Assembly: GCF_016127575.1 (NCBI RefSeq)
Contig: NZ_CP066018.1
Location: 1,290,001-1,322,000 of the forward strand
Reading direction: 5' to 3'
Length of the DNA: 32,000 nt
Source: Cupriavidus necator
GTDB lineage: Bacteria; Pseudomonadota; Gammaproteobacteria; Burkholderiales; Burkholderiaceae
The number at the start of each line of letters is the position of its first letter. Position 1 is the first letter of the stretch. The translations under genes and the position numbers were made by a program. Shown here one piece after another: positions 24,112 to 32,000 of the stretch. A model generated the notes under the pieces. The model did no database searches. It was not told where the DNA came from and worked only from the letters and a program-made list of their open reading frames with translations.

Positions 24112-25053
24112 TCAGTAGCCGCGCTGCACGTCGACCACGCCCGCGATCGGCTGGCCCGCGCGCAGCGCGCGGATCTTGCCGGCGATCTGCGCGATGCTGT
24201 CTTCGCGCAGCGTGAGCGCCGAGATATGCGGCGTGACGGTGATGCGCGGCTCCTGCCAGAACGGGTGTTCGGCAGGCAGCGGCTCGGTGCGGAACACGTC
24301 GAGCGTGGCACCCGCAACCTGCCCCGACTGCACCGCGGCGAGCAGGTCTTCCTCGACCAGGTGCTGCCCGCGCGCGACGTTGATCACATACGCGCCCTGT
24401 GCCAGCCGCGCGAACAGCGCGGCGTTGAGGATGTTCTCGGTCTGCGGTGTCAGCGGCAGCACATTGACCAGCACGCGCAGGCCATCGAGGAACGGCGCCT
24501 GCCCGGCATCGCCATAGAAGCCGCTCACGCCTTCGATGGCGCGCGCGGTGCGGCTCCAGCCACGCACCGGGAAGCCGAAGCCCGCCAGCGTGCGGGCGAT
24601 ATGCGTGCCGAGCGTGCCCACCCCCATCACGCCGATGGTGAAATCCGCGCGGCGATGCGGCTTGAGGAACTTCCAGTTGCCGGCGCGCTGCTGGGCCTCG
24701 TAGGCGTCCATCTTGCGGAAATAGCGCAGCACGGCGTGGGTGACGTACTCGGCCATCTGCGCGGCCATGCCGGCATCGTCGAGCCGCACGATCGGCACGC
24801 CCGCGGGCAAGGCGTCAGGGGCTTCATCGCGCAGGCGCAGGATGCCGTCGACACCGGCGCCCAGGTTGAACACCGCCTTCAGCTCGGTACGGCCACGCAG
24901 CATCTCCACCGGCGGGCGCCAGACCACGGCGTAGTCGGCCGGTTCGCCACGGCTGTCCTCCCACGTCACGCATTGCGCTTCGGGCAGTGCCTCGGCGAAT
25001 CCTGCGATCCAGGCGTCGTAGCGGCCATCGGGGACGTACAACTGCAACTTCAT
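24112..25053 (-). CDS. ghrA: Glyoxylate/hydroxypyruvate reductase A-type D-2-hydroxyacid dehydrogenase
   Basis: 313 aa, colinear with E. coli GhrA. Matching stretches are DYAVVWRPPVEMLRGRTELKAVFNLGAGVD, GVMGVGTLG, NVARGQHLVEEDLLAAVQSGQVAGATLDVF, TPHISA and VDVQRGY. A GGAGA Shine-Dalgarno sequence lies upstream. Confidence 0.85.
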   Translation of the reverse strand: MKLQLYVPDGRYDAWIAGFAEALPEAQCVTWEDSRGEPADYAVVWRPPVEMLRGRTELKAVFNLGAGVDGILRLRDEAPDALPAGVPIVRLDDAGMAAQMAEYVTHAVLRYFRKMDAYEAQQRAGNWKFLKPHRRADFTIGVMGVGTLGTHIARTLAGFGFPVRGWSRTARAIEGVSGFYGDAGQAPFLDGLRVLVNVLPLTPQTENILNAALFARLAQGAYVINVARGQHLVEEDLLAAVQSGQVAGATLDVFRTEPLPAEHPFWQEPRITVTPHISALTLREDSIAQIAGKIRALRAGQPIAGVVDVQRGY

Positions 25054-25157
25054 TTTGTCTCCAGGGGAATCTGGTGGGGTTAAAGACGTATTTTGGCAGA
25101 GGAACGGACGTGGGGTTGGTTGGGGCAACGGTGACCGCGCCCCTGCCCCTGTCGGCA

Positions 25158-27185
25158 TCAAGCCCCCGACTTCCCCTCGAACGCCAGAAGCTGCGCCCCC
25201 TCCACAACCTGCTCCCCGACCCGGTAAAGCACCTCACTCACCACCCCGTCCACCGGTGCGCTGATGGTGTGCTCCATCTTCATGGCCTCCATCACCAGCA
25301 ACGGCGTGCCGCGCGTGACGGTGCTGCCAGCCTCGACCATCACGGCAATGACCTTCCCGGGCATCGGCGCAGTGAGCTTGCCGCCTTCGCTTTCGGTCTC
25401 GCCGGCATGGGCCAACGGATCGAGCCAGGCCAGGCTCACATGCCGTCCGGCATAGAAGACGTGGAAGGTCTCGCCATCCGCATGCACCTGCCCGTGCGCG
25501 CGCCGGGTGCCGAGGTTGATGCGGATATCGTCGGCCTGGCAGGTGCAGGCAAAGGGCGCCGCCTGGTCCGCATAGATCAGCGTGCTGCCGCGCTCATTGG
25601 TGCTCAGCGTCACCTCCAGCACCTGCTCGCCATAGCCGAAGCGCAGCGTGCGCGACACGCCGCCGTTCAGCCGCCACGCGCCGCCATGGGTCCACGGCGA
25701 ATGCTGGTCGGCGGCGTCGATGCGACGCTCGCGGGCCTCGCGGTCGAACAGCGCCGCCACCGCCAGCGCGATGACTTCCAGGCCGACCGGCGCCGGCGGC
25801 GGGAACAAGACCTTCTCGTTGCGCTCGATCAGGCCGGTGTCGAGGTCCGCCGTGCGGAACGCCTGGGACGACACCAGCCGCTGCAGGAAGGCCACGTTGG
25901 TCGACAACCCCACCACGTGATACGACGCCAGCGCCTGGCGCATGCGCGCCAGCGCCTCGTCGCGGTCCTTGCCCCAGACGATCAGCTTGGCGATCATCGG
26001 GTCGTAGAACGGGCTGATGGTGTCGCCTTCGCGCACGCCGGCGTCGATGCGGATGCCGGCCGGGCCGTGCACATCCTCACCGCGCATGAACTGCACCGCC
26101 GGCGGCGTGCGCAGGAAGCGCAGCGTGCCGGTTGATGGCAGGAACTGCTTGTCGGGGTTCTCGGCGTAGATGCGTGCTTCCAGGGCGTGGCCGTCGATGC
26201 GCAGCTGGTCCTGCGTGAGCGGCAGCGCTTCGCCGGCGGCGACGCGCAGCTGCCATTCGACCAGGTCCTGCCCGGTGATCATCTCGGTAACAGGGTGCTC
26301 CACCTGCAGGCGCGTGTTCATCTCCATGAAGTAGAACGAACCGTCCTGGTTGGCGATGAACTCCACCGTGCCGGCGCCGACATAGCCGACCGCCTTGGCC
26401 GCGGCCACCGCCGCTTCGCCCATGGCGCGGCGACGCGCCTCGGTCATGCCTGGCGCGGGGGCTTCTTCCAGCACCTTCTGGTGGCGGCGCTGCACCGAGC
26501 AGTCGCGCTCGAACAGGTAGACGCAGTTGCCATGGGTATCGGCAAACACCTGGATCTCGATATGGCGCGGGCGCGTCAGGTACTTCTCCACCAGTACCTT
26601 GTCATCGCCAAAGCTGGCGCTGGCCTCGCGCTTGACCGAGGCCAGCGCGGCCTCGAAGGCGTCGCCCGACTCGACCACGCGCATGCCCTTGCCGCCGCCG
26701 CCTGCGCTGGCCTTGAGCAGCACCGGGTAGCCGATGCGGTCGGCCTCGCGGCGCAGCAGCGCCGGACCCTGGTCCTCGCCGTGGTAGCCGGGCACCAGCG
26801 GCACCGCGGCCTTCTCCATCAATTGCTTGGCCGCGCTCTTGCTGCCCATCGCGTGGATGGCGGACGCCGGCGGGCCGATGAAGACCAGCCCCGCCGCGGC
26901 GCAGGCCTCGGCAAAGGCTTCGTTCTCGGACAGGAAGCCGTAGCCCGGGTGGATGGCCTGGGCGCCGGCCTCCTTCGCCATCTCGATGATGTGGTCCGCG
27001 CGCAGGTAGCTGTCGCGCGCGGCCGCGCCGCCGATATGCACGGCCTCGTCGCAGAAGGCGACGTGGCGCGCGTCGGCGTCGGCATCCGAGTACACCGCGA
27101 CGGTGCGGATGCCGAGCCGGCGGCAGGTGGCGGCCACGCGGCAGGCGATTTCACCGCGGTTGGCGATCAGGATCTTGCTGAACAT
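25158..27185 (-). CDS. Biotin carboxylase plus biotin-carboxyl-carrier fusion (acyl-CoA carboxylase alpha subunit, methylcrotonyl-CoA carboxylase-like)
   Basis: 675 aa. The N-terminus is MFSKILIANRGEIACRV, followed by an ATP-grasp core. The C-terminal biotinyl motif is VMEAMKMEHTI. An AGGAGG Shine-Dalgarno sequence lies upstream. The substrate is inferred only from the nearby HMG-CoA lyase. Confidence 0.85.
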   Translation of the reverse strand: MFSKILIANRGEIACRVAATCRRLGIRTVAVYSDADADARHVAFCDEAVHIGGAAARDSYLRADHIIEMAKEAGAQAIHPGYGFLSENEAFAEACAAAGLVFIGPPASAIHAMGSKSAAKQLMEKAAVPLVPGYHGEDQGPALLRREADRIGYPVLLKASAGGGGKGMRVVESGDAFEAALASVKREASASFGDDKVLVEKYLTRPRHIEIQVFADTHGNCVYLFERDCSVQRRHQKVLEEAPAPGMTEARRRAMGEAAVAAAKAVGYVGAGTVEFIANQDGSFYFMEMNTRLQVEHPVTEMITGQDLVEWQLRVAAGEALPLTQDQLRIDGHALEARIYAENPDKQFLPSTGTLRFLRTPPAVQFMRGEDVHGPAGIRIDAGVREGDTISPFYDPMIAKLIVWGKDRDEALARMRQALASYHVVGLSTNVAFLQRLVSSQAFRTADLDTGLIERNEKVLFPPPAPVGLEVIALAVAALFDREARERRIDAADQHSPWTHGGAWRLNGGVSRTLRFGYGEQVLEVTLSTNERGSTLIYADQAAPFACTCQADDIRINLGTRRAHGQVHADGETFHVFYAGRHVSLAWLDPLAHAGETESEGGKLTAPMPGKVIAVMVEAGSTVTRGTPLLVMEAMKMEHTISAPVDGVVSEVLYRVGEQVVEGAQLLAFEGKSGA

Positions 27186-27249
27186 GGCTCCTCCTAGTTT
27201 TTCGACAGGACGGCGAGCCAGCTGATTACCGGTGGGCTTCCTTACCTCG

Positions 27250-28281
27250 TCATCCCGCGTAGCCCTCTGCGCGGATGTCGAGGCGGGCCAGCAGGGCGCG
27301 ATCGCGGTCGGCCTGCGGGTTGCCGGTGGTCAGCAGCTTTTCGCCGTAAAAAATGGAATTGGCGCCGGCCATGAAGCACAGCGCCTGCAACGCTTCGTCC
27401 ATGGCCTCGCGGCCGGCGGACAGGCGCACCATGGCGCGCGGCATGGTGATGCGTGCCACGGCAATGGTGCGGACGAACTCGAACGGGTCCAGCGCCTCGG
27501 TGCCCGCCAGTGGCGTGCCTTCGACCTGGACCAGGTTGTTGATGGGCACCGACTCCGGATACGGGTCCATATTGGCCAGCTGCGCGATCAGGCCGGCGCG
27601 CGCTTCGCGCGCCTCGCCCATGCCGACGATGCCGCCGCAGCAGACATTGATGCCGGCGTCGCGCACATGGCCGATGGTGTCGAGCCGGTCCTGGTAGGTG
27701 CGCGTGGTGATGATCTTGCCGTAGAACTCAGGCGAGGTATCCAGATTGTGGTTGTAGTAGTCCAGCCCCGCCTCCTTGAGCTGCTGGGCCTGCTCGGCCT
27801 TGAGCATGCCCAGCGTGACGCAGGTCTCCAGGCCCATGGCCTTGACTTCGCGCACCATGTCCATCACCGGCTCCAGGTGGCGGTCCTTGGGGCTGCGCCA
27901 GGCGGCGCCCATGCAGAAGCGGGTGGCGCCATTGGCCTTGGCCGCGCGCGCGGCGTCCAGGACTTCGTCCAGCGCCATCAGCTTTTCGGCCTTCACGCCG
28001 GCATCGTGGTGCGCGCTCTGCGGGCAGTAGCCGCAATCCTCTTCGCAGCCGCCGGTCTTGATCGACAGCAGCGTGGACAGCTGCACGGTATTGGCGTCGA
28101 AGTGCTCGCGGTGCACTTGCTGGGCGCGGAACAGCAGGTCGTTGAACGGCAGCGCGAACAGCGCGGCAACGTCATCGACGCGCCACGCGGCGTCATCGGG
28201 CAGTGCGTGCGAGCGCGCGCTCTGGCGCAGGGAATCGACGGAAACGGTAGTAACGGTGGTAGCGGTGTGAGCTTGAGTCAT
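27250..28281 (-). CDS. bioB: Biotin synthase
   Basis: The radical-SAM motif is [10 protein letters not shown]. The sequence continues [18 protein letters not shown] and [10 protein letters not shown]. The start at MTQAHTATT was chosen over the longer track ORF. Confidence 0.93.
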   Translation of the reverse strand: MTQAHTATTVTTVSVDSLRQSARSHALPDDAAWRVDDVAALFALPFNDLLFRAQQVHREHFDANTVQLSTLLSIKTGGCEEDCGYCPQSAHHDAGVKAEKLMALDEVLDAARAAKANGATRFCMGAAWRSPKDRHLEPVMDMVREVKAMGLETCVTLGMLKAEQAQQLKEAGLDYYNHNLDTSPEFYGKIITTRTYQDRLDTIGHVRDAGINVCCGGIVGMGEAREARAGLIAQLANMDPYPESVPINNLVQVEGTPLAGTEALDPFEFVRTIAVARITMPRAMVRLSAGREAMDEALQALCFMAGANSIFYGEKLLTTGNPQADRDRALLARLDIRAEGYAG

Positions 28282-28300
28282 GATCGATGCGAATTCTGGT

Positions 28301-29038
28301 TCAGGCAGCAAGGCCGGCGGCCTCGGCTTGGTATTGGGTAGCGGCGGCGAACAGCGGCGCAAGGTCGAGCCGGCCAGCGGCAGCGGCGGGCGCCAGTTGC
28401 CAGGGCAATTCACCGAGGCAAGGCGCGTCCAGCGACGCGTGCAGCGTGGCGATGTTCTCGTCGGCCAGCAGCATGTCCGGGTCGACCCGGTTGGCGATCC
28501 AGCCCGCCAGCGGCAGGCCGCGCGCGCGGATGGCTTCGGCGGTCAGCACGGCGTGGTTCAGGCAGCCGAGCCGGATGCCGACCACCATCACTACCGGGAC
28601 CGCCAGCATCACCGCCAGGTCGGCGGTGTTCCAGCGCACCGCGCCTGCGTCGAGCGGCACATTGAAGCCGCCCACGCCCTCTACCACCACCGCATCGGCC
28701 TGCCGGCGCAGCGCGTCGAAGGCGGCACGGACCGGCGCGCGCGTGATGCGCACGCCCTCGTGCGCGGCGGCCAGGTGCGGCGAGCACGGGGTGCGCAGCA
28801 GGAACGGGCAGGTCTGGCCCAGCGGCACCGCCACCGAGCTGGCGGCGCGCAGCTGCGCCACGTCGTCGTTGTGCCAATGGCCGTCGCGCCACTCACTGCC
28901 GCTGGCCACGGGCTTCATGCCCGCGGTGCGGTAGCCGGCGGCATGGAGCGCATGCAGCAGCGTGGCGCTGGCGTGGGTTTTGCCGATGCCGGTATCGGTG
29001 CCGGTGACAAAGCAGGCGAAAGGCGCACGCGTGCTCAT
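28301..29038 (-). CDS. bioD: Dethiobiotin synthetase
   Basis: The P-loop is [12 protein letters not shown], with EGVGG downstream. There is a 4-nt overlap with bioF. Confidence 0.9.
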   Translation of the reverse strand: MSTRAPFACFVTGTDTGIGKTHASATLLHALHAAGYRTAGMKPVASGSEWRDGHWHNDDVAQLRAASSVAVPLGQTCPFLLRTPCSPHLAAAHEGVRITRAPVRAAFDALRRQADAVVVEGVGGFNVPLDAGAVRWNTADLAVMLAVPVVMVVGIRLGCLNHAVLTAEAIRARGLPLAGWIANRVDPDMLLADENIATLHASLDAPCLGELPWQLAPAAAAGRLDLAPLFAAATQYQAEAAGLAA

Positions 29039-30249
29039 GCGACCTCCCGCTGCGCCACGGCGGCGCTCAGGGCATCCAGCAGGCGCCGCACATCGTCTTC
29101 GGTGTGCGCGGCCGACAGCGTGATGCGCAGCCGCGCGGTCCCTTCCGGCACGGTCGGCGGCCGGATCGCGCCGACGCGGATGCCATCCGCCTCCAGCGTG
29201 GCCGACAGCGCCAGCGCGGCGCCGTTGTCGCCGACGATCAGCGGCTGGATCGCGGTCTCGCTGTCGCCCAGCGTCCAGCCCGCGATGGCAGCCAGCTGGG
29301 CCAGCCCCTCGCGCAGCATGCCGATGCAGCGCGTCAGTTGCGCGCGGCGTTGCGTGCCCTCCTCTCCTTCGATGATCGCCAGGCTGGCCAGCAGCGCATG
29401 CGCGACTGCCGGCGGCGCGGCCGTGGTGTAGATATACGGCCGCGCGGTGTTGACCAGGTGTTCGATGATGGTCTCGTGCGCGGCGACGAAGGCGCCCGCC
29501 ACGCCGGCGGCCTTGCCGAGCGTGCCGATATAGATCAGCCGCTCGGACGACAGCCCCAGCGCTTCCAGCACGCCGTGGCCCTGCTCGCCCAGCACGCCGA
29601 AGCCGTGGGCGTCATCGACAATGATCCAGGCGTCATGGCGCTCGGCCAGTTCCAGCAGCTTGCGCAGCGGCGCGACATTGCCGTCCATGCTGAACACGCT
29701 GTCGGTCACGATCAGCTTGCGCTCGCTGGTGCTGGCCGCCAGCAGCGCTTCCAGCGCGGCGGTGTCGCAATGCGGGTAGCGCTGCACGTCGGCGCGCGCG
29801 AGCCGCGCCCCATCGATCAGCGAGGCATGGTTGAGCGACTCGCAGAACAGCGTGGCGCCCGCGGTGCCCAGCGCGGTCAGCACCGCCATGTTGGCCATGT
29901 AGCCGGTGCAGAAATACAGCGTGCACGCATGCGGGATATGCGGGGCGAGCCAGCGCGCCAGTTCCGCTTCCAGCTGGGTGTGCGCCAGCGAATGCCCGCT
30001 GACCAGGTGCGAGGCACCGCTGCCCGCACCATAGCGCTGCGCGCCTTCCACCAGCGCGGCGATCACGTCCGGGTGGTTGGCCAGCCCCATGTAGTCGTTG
30101 CTGCAGAAGGTCAGCAGCGATTCCGGCTCGGACCCGTCCTCGCCCACGGCCTGGTGCGGCGCGCAGGCAGTGTGGGCAACGCGGCGGCGGCGCGTCAGGG
30201 CCAGCGCGTGGCGCTGTTCGGCGGCCCGCCTCAGTTGTTCAAGCAGCAT
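29035..30249 (-). CDS. bioF: 8-amino-7-oxononanoate synthase
   Basis: The PLP-dependent acyltransferase features are [20 protein letters not shown] and the GTLGKAAG Lys motif. Confidence 0.92.
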   Translation of the reverse strand: MLLEQLRRAAEQRHALALTRRRRVAHTACAPHQAVGEDGSEPESLLTFCSNDYMGLANHPDVIAALVEGAQRYGAGSGASHLVSGHSLAHTQLEAELARWLAPHIPHACTLYFCTGYMANMAVLTALGTAGATLFCESLNHASLIDGARLARADVQRYPHCDTAALEALLAASTSERKLIVTDSVFSMDGNVAPLRKLLELAERHDAWIIVDDAHGFGVLGEQGHGVLEALGLSSERLIYIGTLGKAAGVAGAFVAAHETIIEHLVNTARPYIYTTAAPPAVAHALLASLAIIEGEEGTQRRAQLTRCIGMLREGLAQLAAIAGWTLGDSETAIQPLIVGDNGAALALSATLEADGIRVGAIRPPTVPEGTARLRITLSAAHTEDDVRRLLDALSAAVAQREVA

Positions 30250-31741
30250 GGCGCACCTCCCCGCTCGTGGTCACATCGGTGGTCACATCGTCGAGCGTGG
30301 CCATCATCTGCTCGCCCAGCCAGCGTGCCTGCGCGGCATCGAAGACGTAGGGCGGCATCACGTACAGCGTATTGCCGATCGGGCGCACCAGCAGCTCGCG
30401 CTCGCGCGCGGCGTGATGGAAGCGCGCGGCAAAGTCGGCGCCGGCGACGTCATCGCGCACATCGGCGGCCCAGATCAGCCCGCGCTGGCGGACGTGCCGC
30501 AGGCGCGCGTCGGCGGCCAGCGCGGCCATGCCGTCGGCGAGCCAGTGCGCGCGCTCGCGGTTGCGCGCGAGCACGTCGTCCTGCGCGAACAAGTCCAGCG
30601 TGGCCAGCGCGGCGCGGCAGGCCAGCGGGTTGCCGGTGTAGGAGTGCGAATGCAGGAAGCTGCGGGCCAGCTCGTCGGCGACGAAGGCACGCTGGATCTC
30701 CGGGCGCGACAGCACCAGCGACAGCGGCAGGTAGCCGCCGCTGATGCCCTTGGACAGGCACAGGAAGTCGGGCCACAGGTGCGCGGGCAGCGGCGCCTCC
30801 CCGGCGCGCGACTGTTCCCACGCGAAGAAGGTGCCGGTGCGCCCGCAGCCCACCGCGATCTCGTCGGCGATCAGGTGGATCCGGTAGCGGTCGCACAAAG
30901 CGCGCGCGCCATCCAGATACGACGGGTCGTACATCGCCATGCCGGCGGCGCCCTGCACCAGCGGCTCGACGATCAGCGCGGCGATCTGGCCGGCGCGCTC
31001 GCGCAGCAGGGTTTCCAGCTCCGCCAGGGCGCGGGCGGCCACGTCCGCAGCGCTCTCGCCGGGTGCGGCCTGGCGTGCGTCGGGCGACATCACCACGTGT
31101 GCGCGGCGGATCAGCGGATCATAGGCATCGCGGAAGACTTCCACGTCGGTCACCGCGAGCGCGCCCACGGTCTCGCCGTGGTAGCCGTGGCGCAGGCAGA
31201 CGAACTCGCGCTTGGCAGGCAGGCCGGTATTGCGCCAGTAGTGGAAGCTCATCTTCAGCGCGATCTCGACCGCCGAGGCGCCGTCCGAAGCGTAGAAGAC
31301 ATTGCCGAGCGCGCCGCCGGTCAGCGCCGACAGGCGCTCCGCCAGCTCCACCGCCGGGGCATGGGTGCAGCCGGCGAGCATCACGTGCTCAAGCGTTTCC
31401 AGCTGGCTGGCCAGCGCGGCGTTGATGCGCGGGTTGGCGTGGCCGAACAGGTTGACCCACCACGAACTGGTGGCGTCGAAATAGCGGCGGCCGTCGGCAT
31501 CATGCAGCCACGGGCCGACGCCGCGCACGATCGCCAGCGGCACCGCGTCGTCGTCGGGGCGCAGCCGCGTGCATGGATGCCAGACGGCGTTGCGGCTGCG
31601 CTGGCCGAGTGCCTGCGCGTCTCTGCCTGGGGAAAGGGACAGGTGATCCAAGGTAGCCCTCCTTTGTTGACCGTCCGCGCGCGCGCCGTTGCCGGCAAGG
31701 CCGGGCTGTGCGACGGTGGCGGACAGGTTGGGGAGGGTCAT
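30239..31741 (-). CDS. bioA: Adenosylmethionine-8-amino-7-oxononanoate aminotransferase
   Basis: The class III aminotransferase features are [33 protein letters not shown] and [13 protein letters not shown]. There is an 11-nt overlap with bioF. The protein has about 45 aa N-terminal to the conserved core, so the start is somewhat uncertain. Confidence 0.9.
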   Translation of the reverse strand: MTLPNLSATVAQPGLAGNGARADGQQRRATLDHLSLSPGRDAQALGQRSRNAVWHPCTRLRPDDDAVPLAIVRGVGPWLHDADGRRYFDATSSWWVNLFGHANPRINAALASQLETLEHVMLAGCTHAPAVELAERLSALTGGALGNVFYASDGASAVEIALKMSFHYWRNTGLPAKREFVCLRHGYHGETVGALAVTDVEVFRDAYDPLIRRAHVVMSPDARQAAPGESAADVAARALAELETLLRERAGQIAALIVEPLVQGAAGMAMYDPSYLDGARALCDRYRIHLIADEIAVGCGRTGTFFAWEQSRAGEAPLPAHLWPDFLCLSKGISGGYLPLSLVLSRPEIQRAFVADELARSFLHSHSYTGNPLACRAALATLDLFAQDDVLARNRERAHWLADGMAALAADARLRHVRQRGLIWAADVRDDVAGADFAARFHHAARERELLVRPIGNTLYVMPPYVFDAAQARWLGEQMMATLDDVTTDVTTSGEVRHAA

Positions 31742-31774
31742 GTTAGGAATGTCTCTTTCAGGTTGGCAATGACA

Positions 31775-31826
31775 ATGGAATTTCCAAGTTAGCGGCGCGT
31801 TAGCGAAACTTGATGAATGTTTCCAT
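31775..31826. promoter_or_regulatory. Extended imperfect dyad upstream of bioA (candidate bio operator)
   Basis: The structure is ATGGAA..CAAGTT-N16-AACTTG..TTCCAT. An embedded GAAAC-N9-GTTTC and a direct repeat gttagcg x2 lie within it. It sits in an AT-richer spacer 34-85 nt upstream of the bioA ATG. Confidence 0.3.
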
Positions 31827-31911
31827 GACGAAGCCTTGTTCTTGTTGCTAGCGTGCTGCGATCTACACGCAATCTTTATTTACGGAGGCATGCTGTCGCA
31901 TGCTGCTACGG

Positions 31912-31960
31912 AACTCCCCTCTCCCGCCTGCGGGAGAGGGGTGGGGGGAGAGGGCAGGCC
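31912..31960. repeat. REP-like GC-rich hairpin element
   Basis: A perfect 10-bp stem cccctctccc-gcctgc-gggagagggg (31916-31941) is followed by tggggggagagggc. This resembles the extragenic palindromes common in Burkholderiales genomes. Confidence 0.5.
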
Positions 31961-32000
31961 TTCCCACGAAGTCAGGCGCCTCATGCTTGGCATAAGCCCG

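Noticed and set aside
31885-32000. Short ORFs on both strands crossing the REP-like hairpin (for example MLSHAATELPSPACGRGVGGEG... and MRRLTSWEGLPSPPTPLPQAGEG...)
   Set aside because: These are typical pseudo-peptides generated by a GC-rich palindrome. Shine-Dalgarno spacing is poor, and the window ends before any real domain could appear.

Overview
High-GC (about two-thirds G+C) chromosomal segment whose gene content and protein sequences read like a Cupriavidus/Ralstonia-type betaproteobacterium; this attribution is by eye, no search was run. I support 32 protein-coding genes. I saw no rRNA, tRNA, CRISPR array, transposase, integrase, phage gene or recognisable defence gene. Left to right: metX (cut by the window edge) with a structured leader, slmA, a HAD nucleotidase and argB. 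Next come a Cys-rich CWC protein, a DUF606 transporter and a divergent LysR regulator. A PCuAC copper chaperone sits divergent from regB-regA, followed by a small secreted protein, hslVU, a Bug/TctC binding protein and a haloacetate-dehalogenase-type hydrolase. Then a zinc-limitation island: zur, a COG0523 GTPase with an internal His tract, a Cys-poor DksA paralogue, a second COG0523 protein lacking the CxCC motif, a translationally coupled small membrane protein and a TonB-dependent receptor. The window ends with a long minus-strand array: MBL hydrolase, DUF1289, FlK-like thioesterase, YbaK deacylase, HMG-CoA lyase, GhrA, an MCCase-alpha-like biotin carboxylase, and bioB-bioD-bioF-bioA. I did not find a convincing wholly new system. 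The best leads are the zinc island (a 20-nt motif shared by two promoters, a degenerate COG0523 protein, an ambiguous DksA 5' region), an attenuator-like leader upstream of metX, and a roughly 180-bp nested inverted repeat. Most long ORFs in the six-frame track are antisense or out-of-frame shadows, as expected at this GC content.
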